Assembly: GCA_965242525.1 (NCBI GenBank)
Contig: OZ251459.1
Location: 4,032,001-4,096,000, forward strand
Direction of reading: 5' to 3'
From: an uncultured Candidatus Binatia bacterium
GTDB taxonomy: Bacteria; Desulfobacterota; Binatia; UBA9968; JAJDTQ01
Length of the DNA stretch: 64,000 bases
In this document: one piece after another, positions 55,825 to 64,000 of the stretch
Layout: every line of letters begins with the position of its first letter
Numbering within the stretch: position 1 is the stretch's first letter
Made by a program: the position numbers and the translations under genes
The notes under the pieces: generated by a model
Database searches by the model: none
Told to the model about the DNA's origin: nothing
What the model saw: only the letters and a program-made list of their open reading frames with translations

Positions 55825-55925
55825 GTGTCCCTCACGAACCCTCGGAGCGACGGCGTTGCGCCGCGGCCCCGCGCCAATGCGAAGTGCTGACTTGCCATGA
55901 CCGGCGCGTGCTGTCAACTTGACCC

Positions 55926-56798
55926 ATGCCCATCGAAGTCCTCGCCCTGCTGACGGCGCTGTCCTACGCCACGGCCAACGTCTCGGCCCGGTGGGGGCTG
56001 CGGTACTCGACTCCCAACACCGCGGTCATCTTCTCCCTGACCCTGCATGCGGTGGGACTCTCCACCCTGGCGCTCCTCACCGGAGGCGTGGCCGCGGTCC
56101 CCCGGACCGCCCTCTACCTCGTGGTCGCCACCGGCCTGCTGCAGGCCCTGCTGCGCTCCTGCCACTACCTAGCCATATCCCGGGTCGGCGTATCCCGGGC
56201 CGTGACCCTGCGCAACACGCACCCCATGTTCGCCGTCCTCATCGGCATCACGGTCCTGGGAGAGCAGGCGGGGGCGCTCAACCTCCTGGGAGTGGCGCTG
56301 ATCGTGGGCGGCACGGCCTTCACCTCGTGGCGGATGGACGAGAACGTCCCGGACTTCCGCCCGAAATACCTCTGGCTGCCGGCCGCCACCTGCGTCATCA
56401 CCGCCACGGTCCACCCCGTCCGACGGTACGCCCTGACCATCGCCCAGGAGCCGCTCTTCTTCGCCGCCCTGGTGGGCGTGGTCTCGCTGGCCTGCTTCGC
56501 CGCCTACCTGGCGCTGCCGCTGCCCCGGGAGAAGCTGATGTGGCACCCCAAGGCCCTGCTGCCCTTCGCCGTCTCGGGGGTCAGCGAGACCCTGGCCATC
56601 CTGTTCCTGTTCTTCGCCCTGGCCTCGGGTCCGGTGGTAGTGGTCTCGCCCATCGCCGCCACCTCCCCGGTCTGGACCGTGATCCTCGCCAGCATCGTCC
56701 TGCGCCGCGTCGAGCGCACCACGCTGGCGGTGGTCCTCGGCACCCTGCTGGTGGTGGCGGGGGCGGCGTGCGTGGCGGTGGGGAGGATCGGGGGTTAG
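55926..56798 (+). CDS. DMT/EamA family transporter
   Basis: Two EamA-like halves, GPVVVVSPIAATSP, about 10 TM. Confidence 0.85.
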   Translation: MPIEVLALLTALSYATANVSARWGLRYSTPNTAVIFSLTLHAVGLSTLALLTGGVAAVPRTALYLVVATGLLQALLRSCHYLAISRVGVSRAVTLRNTHPMFAVLIGITVLGEQAGALNLLGVALIVGGTAFTSWRMDENVPDFRPKYLWLPAATCVITATVHPVRRYALTIAQEPLFFAALVGVVSLACFAAYLALPLPREKLMWHPKALLPFAVSGVSETLAILFLFFALASGPVVVVSPIAATSPVWTVILASIVLRRVERTTLAVVLGTLLVVAGAACVAVGRIGG

Positions 56799-56894
56799 GG
56801 AGACCCTGGACCATCGAGACATGGATGGGGGACTTCCTTCACCCTGACTATCCTTCCCCGTTACGGGGGATTGCCCTCACCCCGACCCTCATTC

Positions 56895-56933
56895 CCGTTC
56901 GTCCTGAGCGTAGCGAAGCGAAGTCGAAGGACG
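56895..56933. repeat. REP family 2 copy
   Basis: ccgttcgtcctgagcgtagcgaagcgaagtcgaaggacg. Confidence 0.85.
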
Positions 56934-57121
56934 CGCTCCTTTGAGCCGGGCGGGCGACCGGGCCGCTACAAGACCATCGAGGTCTTCGGCCGAAGCACCG
57001 AGTGGTCTCGGCCGTGCCCTTCCGCGACCGGGTGGCGCAGAGGGCGAATCGGGTTGACGCACGCCAAGGATCCGCTGGCGCCGTGCGTCCAACTTGGCGA
57101 CGGGGGGAGAACGGCGGATGA

Positions 57122-57667
57122 ATGGCGGATAGCGACAGGGTGTTGAGCCGGCGGGCCGGCGAGGGCGACCGGGAGGCGTTCGCGGAGTTGGTGGAGCGGC
57201 ACTATGAACGGATCTACCGGATCGGGTTGCGCCTGCTCGGGGATGCGGACGACGCCGCGGACTTGGCCCAGGAGGTCTGCGAGGGGCTCGCCCGGAAGGT
57301 CCGGTCCTATCGCGGAGAGAGCGAGTTCACCACTTGGCTCTACCGGATCGTGGTCAACGCCGCGCGCGACGCGGTGCGGCGTAATGCGGCCCGGCGACGG
57401 GCCAACCAGCGCTACGCGGACGTGAGCGCGCTGGCGCGCGCCGGGGCCGCGGCCCGGGAGGCGGAGGCGCGCTGGCTCTACGAGGTCCTGGCCGTCCTGA
57501 CCGACGATCTCCGCGAGACCGCGGTGCTGGTGCTGCAGGAAGGGCTCGGCCATGCCGAGGCCGGGGAGGTCCTGGGAGTGAAGGAATCCACCGTCTCCTG
57601 GCGCATGCACGAGGTGCGCAAGCGGCTGAAAGCGCTGGCCCGGGCCGGCGGGGATGGACTGCCATGA
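57122..57667 (+). CDS. ECF RNA polymerase sigma factor
   Basis: GDREAFAELV, DAADLAQE, FTTWLYRIVVNAARD, EVLGVKESTVSWRM. Confidence 0.92.
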   Translation: MADSDRVLSRRAGEGDREAFAELVERHYERIYRIGLRLLGDADDAADLAQEVCEGLARKVRSYRGESEFTTWLYRIVVNAARDAVRRNAARRRANQRYADVSALARAGAAAREAEARWLYEVLAVLTDDLRETAVLVLQEGLGHAEAGEVLGVKESTVSWRMHEVRKRLKALARAGGDGLP

Positions 57668-59715
57668 CGGACGAGTTGAAGCGGCTGGAAGAGGCGCTGC
57701 GCGGGCCGTTGCCCGGACCCGAACCGCAGGCGCGCGAACGCGCCCTGGCCGCGGCTCTGGCGGCCTTCGATGCGGCGGGCCAACAAGCCCGCCAAGGATC
57801 GCGCGCCGCGGAACGTCCAATGGGGCGAGCTTGGATTTGGCTCGAAAACCTTTTCAGGAGGAACGCCATGAACCTTGCCCGCGCCAACTTTCGCTACCGC
57901 CTCATAGGCGCCGCCGGCCTTGCGGTGCTCGCGGCGGCGGTCGCCGCCAGGACGCTCATCACGGACCCGGCCTCCGTGTACGGTCCCGAAGAGGACATGC
58001 ATGCCTTGTCGTTGCCGAGCCCGGTCGAGCAGCCCATGGGGGGTTCCATGCCGGAGTTCGCCAGCAACAAGGCGAGAGAATTGTCGTTGCGGAGCCTGGT
58101 CGAGCAGCGCATGAGGGAGATGGAGATGCCGCGCATGAGGGAGATGGAGATGTCGGCTTTGCACGCACGCCCGCCGGAGAGCAGCGGGAGACCGAAAGAG
58201 TCGATAGAGGGTCTGATGAACTTCATGGTGGGCCCGCACGTCTCGGACGATACCCCGGAGGTCCACGAACACTTGCAGGGCCGCGACCGCTTCCCTGCCT
58301 TCGGGACCAACCCGGTCAAGGCGGTGGCCCGGGAACCGGTATCGACCTTCTCCATCGACGTGGACACCGCCTCCTACGGCTTCGTGCGCGCCGCGCTGAA
58401 CCGGGGCGCCCTGCCCCCGCCCGAGGCGGTCCGGGTCGAGGAACTGGTCAACTATTTCCCCTACGACTACGAGGCCCCCGGGGACCGGCAGGCCCCCTTC
58501 GCCGTGGGCGTCTCGCTGATGCCGACGCCGTGGAACCCCGCCACCCGGCTCATGCACGTCGGTATCCGGGGCTACGCCCTGGCGCCCGAGGCGAAGCCCC
58601 GGACCAACCTGGTCTTCCTCATCGACACCTCGGGCTCCATGCACGAACCCGAGCGGCTGCCGCTGCTGGTGCGCTCCCTCAAGCTGCTGCTCGACGCCCT
58701 GGCGCCCGACGACACCGTGGCCATCGCGGCCTACGCGGGTTCCGCCGGCGTCGTGCTGGAGCCCACCCGGGCGGCCGAGCGGAGGAAGATCCTGGCGGCC
58801 CTCGACGGCTTGGACGCGGGCGGCTCCACCGCGGGCGCCGAAGGCCTCCGGCTGGCCTATGGACTGGCCGAGCAGAACTTCGCCGAAGACCGCATCAACC
58901 GGGTCATCCTCGCCACCGACGGCGACTTCAACGTCGGCGTCTCCGACCCCGGGGAGTTGGAGCGCTACGTGGCGCGCAAGCGCGCCACCGGCGTGTTCCT
59001 GTCGGTGCTGGGCTTCGGCATGGGCAACTACCACGACGAGATGATGCAGGCCCTGGCCCAGAACGGCAACGGCCACGCCGCCTACATCGACAGCCTGTCC
59101 GAGGCCCGCAAGGTGCTGGTGGAGGAGGCCACTTCGACGCTGTTCCCCATCGCCAGGGACGTCAAGGTCCAGGTGGAGTTCAACCCGGCGCTGGTGAGCG
59201 AGTACCGGCTCATCGGCTACGAGACCCGCAGGCTGGCGCGGGAGGACTTCAACGACGACAAGGTGGACGCCGGGGAGGTCGGCGCCGGCCACACGGTGAC
59301 CGCCATCTACGAGTTGACGCCGGCCGGTTCGGGCGCCGAGCGGATGGAGCCCTCGCGGTACCGGCCCGAAGGTCCCGATGCCGGGACCCCGGACCCCCGC
59401 TTCGCCGGGGAGTACGCCTTCCTCAAGATCCGCTACAAGCTGCCCGACCGTGACGACAGCACCCTGATCACCCGCACGGTGACCCGCGCCGACGAGGCGG
59501 AAGGGGTGGGCGGCGCCCCGCAGGAGGCGCGGTTCGCCGCAGCCGTGGCCGGCTTCGGCCAGTTGCTGCGCGGCGGCCGCTACACCGGCGACTACGGCTA
59601 CGACGATGTCCTCGCCCTGGCCCGGGACGCCCGGGGCGAGGACCGCTTCGGCTACCGCGCCGAGTTCCTCAACCTCGTCCGGTCCGCGGCCGCCCTCGAA
59701 GCGCAACGGCCCTGA
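57664..59715 (+). CDS. vWA domain protein (YfbK-like: vWF_A + vWA + DUF3520), candidate membrane-anchored anti-sigma partner
   Basis: STFSIDVDTASY, VRVEELVNYF, MIDAS DTSGS, ATDGDFNVG, YRLIGYETR, DKVDAGE; single TM; ATGA-coupled to the sigma gene. Confidence 0.88.
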   Translation: MTDELKRLEEALRGPLPGPEPQARERALAAALAAFDAAGQQARQGSRAAERPMGRAWIWLENLFRRNAMNLARANFRYRLIGAAGLAVLAAAVAARTLITDPASVYGPEEDMHALSLPSPVEQPMGGSMPEFASNKARELSLRSLVEQRMREMEMPRMREMEMSALHARPPESSGRPKESIEGLMNFMVGPHVSDDTPEVHEHLQGRDRFPAFGTNPVKAVAREPVSTFSIDVDTASYGFVRAALNRGALPPPEAVRVEELVNYFPYDYEAPGDRQAPFAVGVSLMPTPWNPATRLMHVGIRGYALAPEAKPRTNLVFLIDTSGSMHEPERLPLLVRSLKLLLDALAPDDTVAIAAYAGSAGVVLEPTRAAERRKILAALDGLDAGGSTAGAEGLRLAYGLAEQNFAEDRINRVILATDGDFNVGVSDPGELERYVARKRATGVFLSVLGFGMGNYHDEMMQALAQNGNGHAAYIDSLSEARKVLVEEATSTLFPIARDVKVQVEFNPALVSEYRLIGYETRRLAREDFNDDKVDAGEVGAGHTVTAIYELTPAGSGAERMEPSRYRPEGPDAGTPDPRFAGEYAFLKIRYKLPDRDDSTLITRTVTRADEAEGVGGAPQEARFAAAVAGFGQLLRGGRYTGDYGYDDVLALARDARGEDRFGYRAEFLNLVRSAAALEAQRP

Positions 59716-59718
59716 ACC

Positions 59719-59791
59719 CGTCCTTCGACTTCGCTTCGCTACGCTCAGGACGAACGGAGGGCTTGGTTCAGGGTTTCCGCAACCCTGAACC
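59719..59791. repeat. REP family 2 copy followed by an 11-bp perfect hairpin
   Basis: REP at 59719-59757; ggttcagggtt-tccgc-aaccctgaacc at 59765-59791. Confidence 0.7.
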
Positions 59792-60014
59792 CCTTTCCGG
59801 ACCGCAGCCTTGCGCCGCTCCAGCGCAGCGGCCTCGGCTGCGGTCTTGCCTCAGGATGTGCAACGGCGTCACGGGTTCCTCCACCGCGGAAGAACAGGAG
59901 GGAGAAAGGACGAAAACGAGTTTCAAGCGTCCCGCTTGTAGAGTACCGCCCGCTCAAGGTACTAAGGAACGGACTCTCTGATTCCCGGTTCTCGATCTCT
60001 CCAGGGAGGCGTTC

Positions 60015-61118
60015 ATGCTTCGAAACATGGTTTGGGCGGCGGTTGCGGCGCTGGCGCTGTCCTCGTCTCCCCTGTGGGCGGACTACGACGCGGGGCGGAA
60101 GGCATGGAATGCGGGCAATCCCGCGCAGGCGCTGTCGGAGTGGCGGACGGCGGCGAACGCGGGGGACCGGCGGGCCATGCTGGCGTTGGGACGGCTGTAT
60201 GCCCGGGGGCTGGGAGCGCCGCAGAATTACGTGTTGGCGCACGTGTGGCTCAACTTGGCGGCGAGCCGGGGAGAGTTGGCGGCAGTGAAGGATCGAGACG
60301 CGATCGAGGCGAAGCTGATGCCGGCGGAACGGGCAGAGGCGCAGAAGCGGGCGCAGGGCTTGGGAGAGAGGGTGGAACGAGGAGAGCGTTTGGCGAGAAA
60401 GTACCCGCCGGGAAGGAGGCTGCGGGACTGTGATGAGTGTCCTGAGCTGGTGGCGGTTCCCCGGGGGAGTTACAGGATGGGTCCTTCGCTTTCCGTGCAT
60501 CGTGTGGTGATAGGGGAGCCGTTTGCTGTGGGGATGTACGAGGTAACGTTCGATGAGTGGGAAGCGTGTGTGCGAGGGGGTGGGTGCAACGGATATCGGC
60601 CGGATGACGAAGGTTGGGGCCGGGGTCGTCGGCCGGTAGTCAATGTGGATTGGGGGGATGCGAAGGCGTATGTGGAGTGGTTGTCGAGAGAGACGGGCAA
60701 GGAGTATCGGTTGTTGAGCGAGTCGGAGTGGGAGTACGTGGCGCGAGGGGGGAGCAGGACGAGGTATCATTGGGGAGACTCGATAAGGCAGAACCGTGCG
60801 AATTGCAATGGTTGCGGGAGTCGGTGGGACAACGAGAGGACAGCGCCGGTGGGGAGTTTCGGAGCGAACGGATTTGGATTGTACGACGTGCACGGGAACG
60901 TGTGGGAGTGGGTGGAGGACTGTTGGAACGACGATTACGTGGGGGCGCCATCGGATGGGAGCGCATGGGAGAGTGGGCAATGTCGCCGGCGGGTGCTTCG
61001 CGGGGGTTCCTGGAGCTACATTCCGTGGCTCCTGCGGTCCGCGAACCGCAACTGGCTCGCCAGCGGTATCCGGTTCAACAACGTCGGGTTCCGTGTTGCC
61101 CGGACGCTCACCCTGTGA
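60015..61118 (+). CDS. Secreted Sel1-like repeat + FGE-sulfatase (CLec-fold) domain protein; candidate DGR target
   Basis: Signal peptide; ALGRLYARGLGAPQNYVLAHVWLNLAA (Sel1); DCDECPELV, YRLLSESEWEY, NGFGLYDVHGNVWEW, RVLRGGSW, GFRVAR. Confidence 0.88.
   Translation: MLRNMVWAAVAALALSSSPLWADYDAGRKAWNAGNPAQALSEWRTAANAGDRRAMLALGRLYARGLGAPQNYVLAHVWLNLAASRGELAAVKDRDAIEAKLMPAERAEAQKRAQGLGERVERGERLARKYPPGRRLRDCDECPELVAVPRGSYRMGPSLSVHRVVIGEPFAVGMYEVTFDEWEACVRGGGCNGYRPDDEGWGRGRRPVVNVDWGDAKAYVEWLSRETGKEYRLLSESEWEYVARGGSRTRYHWGDSIRQNRANCNGCGSRWDNERTAPVGSFGANGFGLYDVHGNVWEWVEDCWNDDYVGAPSDGSAWESGQCRRRVLRGGSWSYIPWLLRSANRNWLASGIRFNNVGFRVARTLTL
60990..61108 (+). other. Putative DGR variable region (VR)
   Basis: Between GGSW and GFRVAR the codons AGC TAC ATT, CTC, AAC, AAC, CTC, AGC, ATC, TTC, AAC AAC GTC are all derivable from AAY by changes at A only. 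Confidence 0.6.
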
Positions 61119-61231
61119 ATCGTCGGCTCCTTGCCTCGGCGCTCCGCAGGCGGCGCCTGGACGAGATCGGGTGCAAGATCGGGGCCTGGAGCAAGATACA
61201 TCGTGTTAGGGAAAGCGCGTAACTTCTTGGA

Positions 61232-61295
61232 CAGAAGGGCTACGCGGGCTATGTGGACGACTTCGCTCTGCTCCACGACGATCCCGAACGGTTAC
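61232..61295 (+). pseudogene. Reverse transcriptase remnant (YVDD motif, DGR-RT-like)
   Basis: Frame reads QKGYAGYVDDFALLHDDPERL; in-frame stop at 61220, no start and no other RT motifs. Confidence 0.55.
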
Positions 61296-61377
61296 ATGGC
61301 GTCGTCGTCGTGTGTCGGGGCGACCGTTGTATCGTCCTGAAGTTTGTGGGAGTATTGGCAGAACAAGGCAGGCGCCC

Positions 61378-61602
61378 ATGCGTACTTGCACCGCAGTCGT
61401 GGAACGCTGTCCCGACACGGGCCTCTATGTTGGCTACGTCCCGGGGTTTCCGGGGGCCCACAGTCAGGGAGAGACGCTCGAGGAGCTCGACGAGAACCTC
61501 AAGGAGGTGGTCGCCCTTCTCCTCGATGGCGGGGATCCCGTGTTGGAGGGCGAGTACGTCGGCGCCCGGACCGTCGTCGTAGCCTGCCCGTCCCCGTCCT
61601 GA
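61378..61602 (+). CDS. HicB-family antitoxin
   Basis: TAVVERCPDTGLYVGYVPGFPGAHSQGETLEELDENLKEV. Confidence 0.82.
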   Translation: MRTCTAVVERCPDTGLYVGYVPGFPGAHSQGETLEELDENLKEVVALLLDGGDPVLEGEYVGARTVVVACPSPS

Positions 61603-61718
61603 AACCGCGCGACGTCATCGTCATCCTTGCCGCACTCGGCTTCGAGGAAGCGCGCCAGCGTGGTTCACACAAGCAGTTTCGCCATGCCGACCGGAGTCGA
61701 GCCGGGCTTGACTCGTAG
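61583..61718 (+). pseudogene. HicA-family toxin fragment
   Basis: PVLKPRDVIVILAALGFEEARQRGSHKQFRHAD; no proper start, C-terminal half missing. Confidence 0.72.
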
Positions 61719-61740
61719 TATCGAACCCAGGAGGAATCCG

Positions 61741-62808
61741 ATGGCCAAAGCCAAAGTGTTCGTGTTCGCCCCCAACGACGCCAAGGGCGATTCCCACAGG
61801 AAGATGGAGGACGCCGGCTGCGAGCTGGTGCTGGGCCAGGCGGGCTGGCACACCCCGCAAGGCGACAACGAAGCCGAGATGTGCGCCATGGCCGAGGGGG
61901 CCCATGCCCTGGTGGGCACGTCCATCCGCAGTTCCCCCATCACCAAAGCCGTCATGCAGAGTTCCCGGGACCTGCGGGTGGTGGCCAAATACACCATCGG
62001 CGTGGACGACGTGGACGTGGAGGCGGCCACCGAGTTGGGCGTCATGGTTTGCCACGCGCCCACGGAGTCCAACTGGGGCGGCGTGGCCGAGGGAACCATC
62101 ACGGGCATGTTGACCATGCTCAAGCGGGTGCGCGAACGGGACCGGCACCTGAAGTCGGGGGGCGAATGGCGGGACCTGAGCCTGCAGGGAACCTACGTGG
62201 GGTCCCGCGCCATGGACGGCTACCCCGGCATCACCCTCGGCATCATCGGCCTGGGCCGCATCGGGACCCGCGTGGCCAAGCTCATGAAGCCCTGGGGCAT
62301 GAGGATGATCGCATCGGATCCCTACGTGCCGGACGGGAAGTTCGAGGAAGCCGGCGTGGAGAAGGTCGATCTGCCCACGCTGCTGCGGGAGTCGGACGTG
62401 GTGACGCTCCACGTGGTCCTCACCGGGGAGACCCACCACATGATCGGCAGAGAGCAGTTGGCGCAGATGAAGAAGACCGCGGTCTTCATCAACACCTCCC
62501 GCGGGTACTGCGTCAACGAGCCCGAGTTGGCAGAAGCGTTGCAGGACGACGTGATCTCGGGCGCGGTCCTCGACGTGTTCGAGGACGAGCCGCTGTCCAT
62601 GGACAGCCCGCTCAGGAAACTCGGTGACAAGGTGATCCTGTCGGCCCACATGGTATCGTCCAACCGGGGCAGCGGCCTCCACCCCGGCGTGGTCTGGGCC
62701 ACGAGCTCCGTGCTGGCCGCGCTGCGCGGCGAGGTCCCGGACAACGTCTACAACAAGGAGGTCATCGAGCAGTGGAAGAGCCGCTTCGGCGGCAAGAGCC
62801 TCATCTGA
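61741..62808 (+). CDS. D-isomer-specific 2-hydroxyacid dehydrogenase (SerA-like)
   Basis: AGGAGG RBS; IGVDDVD, GIIGLGRIG, INTSRG, LDVFEDEP, SAH. Confidence 0.9.
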   Translation: MAKAKVFVFAPNDAKGDSHRKMEDAGCELVLGQAGWHTPQGDNEAEMCAMAEGAHALVGTSIRSSPITKAVMQSSRDLRVVAKYTIGVDDVDVEAATELGVMVCHAPTESNWGGVAEGTITGMLTMLKRVRERDRHLKSGGEWRDLSLQGTYVGSRAMDGYPGITLGIIGLGRIGTRVAKLMKPWGMRMIASDPYVPDGKFEEAGVEKVDLPTLLRESDVVTLHVVLTGETHHMIGREQLAQMKKTAVFINTSRGYCVNEPELAEALQDDVISGAVLDVFEDEPLSMDSPLRKLGDKVILSAHMVSSNRGSGLHPGVVWATSSVLAALRGEVPDNVYNKEVIEQWKSRFGGKSLI

Positions 62809-62842
62809 GCCGTATGGCGACGACGGGACGGGGTTCAGGAAG

Positions 62843-63115
62843 ATGAGCACGGGATACATCCTCAGCGACTATCTCGAACAGGCCATGGCGTCGGCGACCT
62901 ACGACAAGCTGGACGACGGCAGCTTCGCGGGCCGGATCCCGCCGTGTACGGGCGTGGTCGCCTTTGGAGCTACGCTGATGGAGTGCGAGCGCCTGTTGCG
63001 CTCCACATTGGAGGATTGGCTTGTCCTCGGCCTGAGGCTCGGCCACTCGATCCCGGTTCTCGCGGGGCTCGATCTGAACGGGGAGACCGCTCGTGAGCGG
63101 TTGGACACCGTGTAA
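62843..63115 (+). CDS. HicB-family antitoxin
   Basis: YDKLDDGSFAGRIPPCTGVVAFGATLMECERLLRSTLEDW...IP. Confidence 0.8.
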   Translation: MSTGYILSDYLEQAMASATYDKLDDGSFAGRIPPCTGVVAFGATLMECERLLRSTLEDWLVLGLRLGHSIPVLAGLDLNGETARERLDTV

Positions 63116-63323
63116 GCGCAATCTCTTCATCCGCCGCTTGCGCAAACTCGATTTCGATGGACCGTTCTCGGGCTCACGGCACCAGTTCATGCTCTACGGG
63201 GTTCACCGGTTGGCCTTGCCGTCGAACGACGAGTATTCGGTCCCGCAGCTTCGCATGATGATTCGGGAAGTCGAAGGCGTCATGGGCCGTCCCGTTTCGC
63301 TGGACGAGTGGCGTCGGCTCTAG
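63093..63323 (+). CDS. HicA-family toxin
   Basis: FIRRLRKLDFDGPFSGSRHQFM...LALP...YSVPQLRMMIRE; overlaps hicB. Confidence 0.8.
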   Translation: MSGWTPCKRNLFIRRLRKLDFDGPFSGSRHQFMLYGVHRLALPSNDEYSVPQLRMMIREVEGVMGRPVSLDEWRRL

Positions 63324-63368
63324 CCGGGAATCACGGACGCTCTGAGCGGGTCGGGAACGGGAAGGGTA

Positions 63369-64000
63369 GTGGGAGACCAGGACGTAAGGCGGGACGAGGA
63401 CGCGGTCCGGCTGCGCTCGTTCATCTCGCGCCTGCTGTGCGACGTGCAGGCGTTGGAGCGGATGCTGTCGGAGGGGATGATCGAGTCCGGGGTGCACCGC
63501 ATCGGCGCCGAGCAGGAACTCTTCCTGGTGGACGCCTCCCGGCGGCCGGCGCCGCGGGCGCTGGAGTTGCTGGAGCGGGTGGCTGATCCCCACTACACCA
63601 CCGAGCTCGGGCTCTTCAACCTGGAGATCAACCTCGACCCGTTGCCGTTCGAGGACGACTGCCTGAGCCGGCTGGAGCGGCAGCTCGACGGCGCGCTGGC
63701 CCGGCTCCGGGAGGCGGCCCGCGAGTGCGGCGCGGAGGTGGTCCTCACCGGCATCCTGCCGACCCTGCGCAAGTCCGACCTGGCGCTGGCCTGCATGACC
63801 CCCCGGCCGCGCTACCGGGCGCTCAACTCGGTGCTCCGGCAACTGCGCGGGGGCGACTACGAGTTCCGGCTCAAGGGCGCCGACGAGTTGAACGTCAAGC
63901 ACGACTCGGTGATGCTCGAAGCGGCGTGCACCAGCTTCCAGGTGCACTACCAGGTGGAGCCCGCGGAGTTCGCCCGGTGCTACAACCTAGCCCAGGCCAT
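63369..64000 (+). CDS. Glutamate-cysteine ligase family 2 (GCS2-like) protein; 3' partial
   Basis: Read from GTG 63369: RIGAEQELFLVD, TTELGLFNLEIN, TGILPTL, TPRPRYRALN, EAACTSFQVH; open to the window end. Confidence 0.8.
   Translation, partial: MGDQDVRRDEDAVRLRSFISRLLCDVQALERMLSEGMIESGVHRIGAEQELFLVDASRRPAPRALELLERVADPHYTTELGLFNLEINLDPLPFEDDCLSRLERQLDGALARLREAARECGAEVVLTGILPTLRKSDLALACMTPRPRYRALNSVLRQLRGGDYEFRLKGADELNVKHDSVMLEAACTSFQVHYQVEPAEFARCYNLAQA

Noticed and set aside
61118-61380. Complete, active DGR cassette in this window
   Set aside because: No template repeat, avd gene or full-length RT was found; only a ~20-aa RT-like relic.

Overview
High-GC bacterial chromosomal window with a core of catabolic and transport genes (three amidohydrolase-superfamily genes, several alpha/beta hydrolases, an LLM oxidoreductase, a MatB-like acyl-CoA ligase, two tripartite tricarboxylate transporter sets, MFS/EamA transporters, topB) and three accessory regions. 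(1) About 18.3-23.3 kb: a triceptide-type RiPP cluster (radical SAM/SPASM, precursor ending YNRTYHRHNR, 2OG-Fe(II) oxygenase, HExxH protein) with no exporter or peptidase of its own, convergent with a Septu-like ATPase+HNH pair. (2) About 28.5-52.2 kb: a BREX type-1-like operon (brxA-like, brxB, brxC, pglZ, brxL) with two tandem full-length PglX-like methyltransferases that share a near-identical 5' ~630 bp but differ centrally, plus inserted PHP-ATPase (Ppl/TrlF-like), AlbA_2/Schlafen, orphan ABC ATPase and HicB genes. (3) About 60.0-61.3 kb: a secreted Sel1+FGE-sulfatase protein whose C-terminus looks like a DGR variable region, followed by a YVDD reverse-transcriptase relic. Four copies of a non-autonomous element with ISL3-like ends carry CGTC-type REP palindromes and decayed GIY-YIG sequence; one copy replaces the middle of a hicA toxin. 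No tRNA, rRNA or CRISPR array was seen. All calls come from reading motifs by eye; no searches were run.
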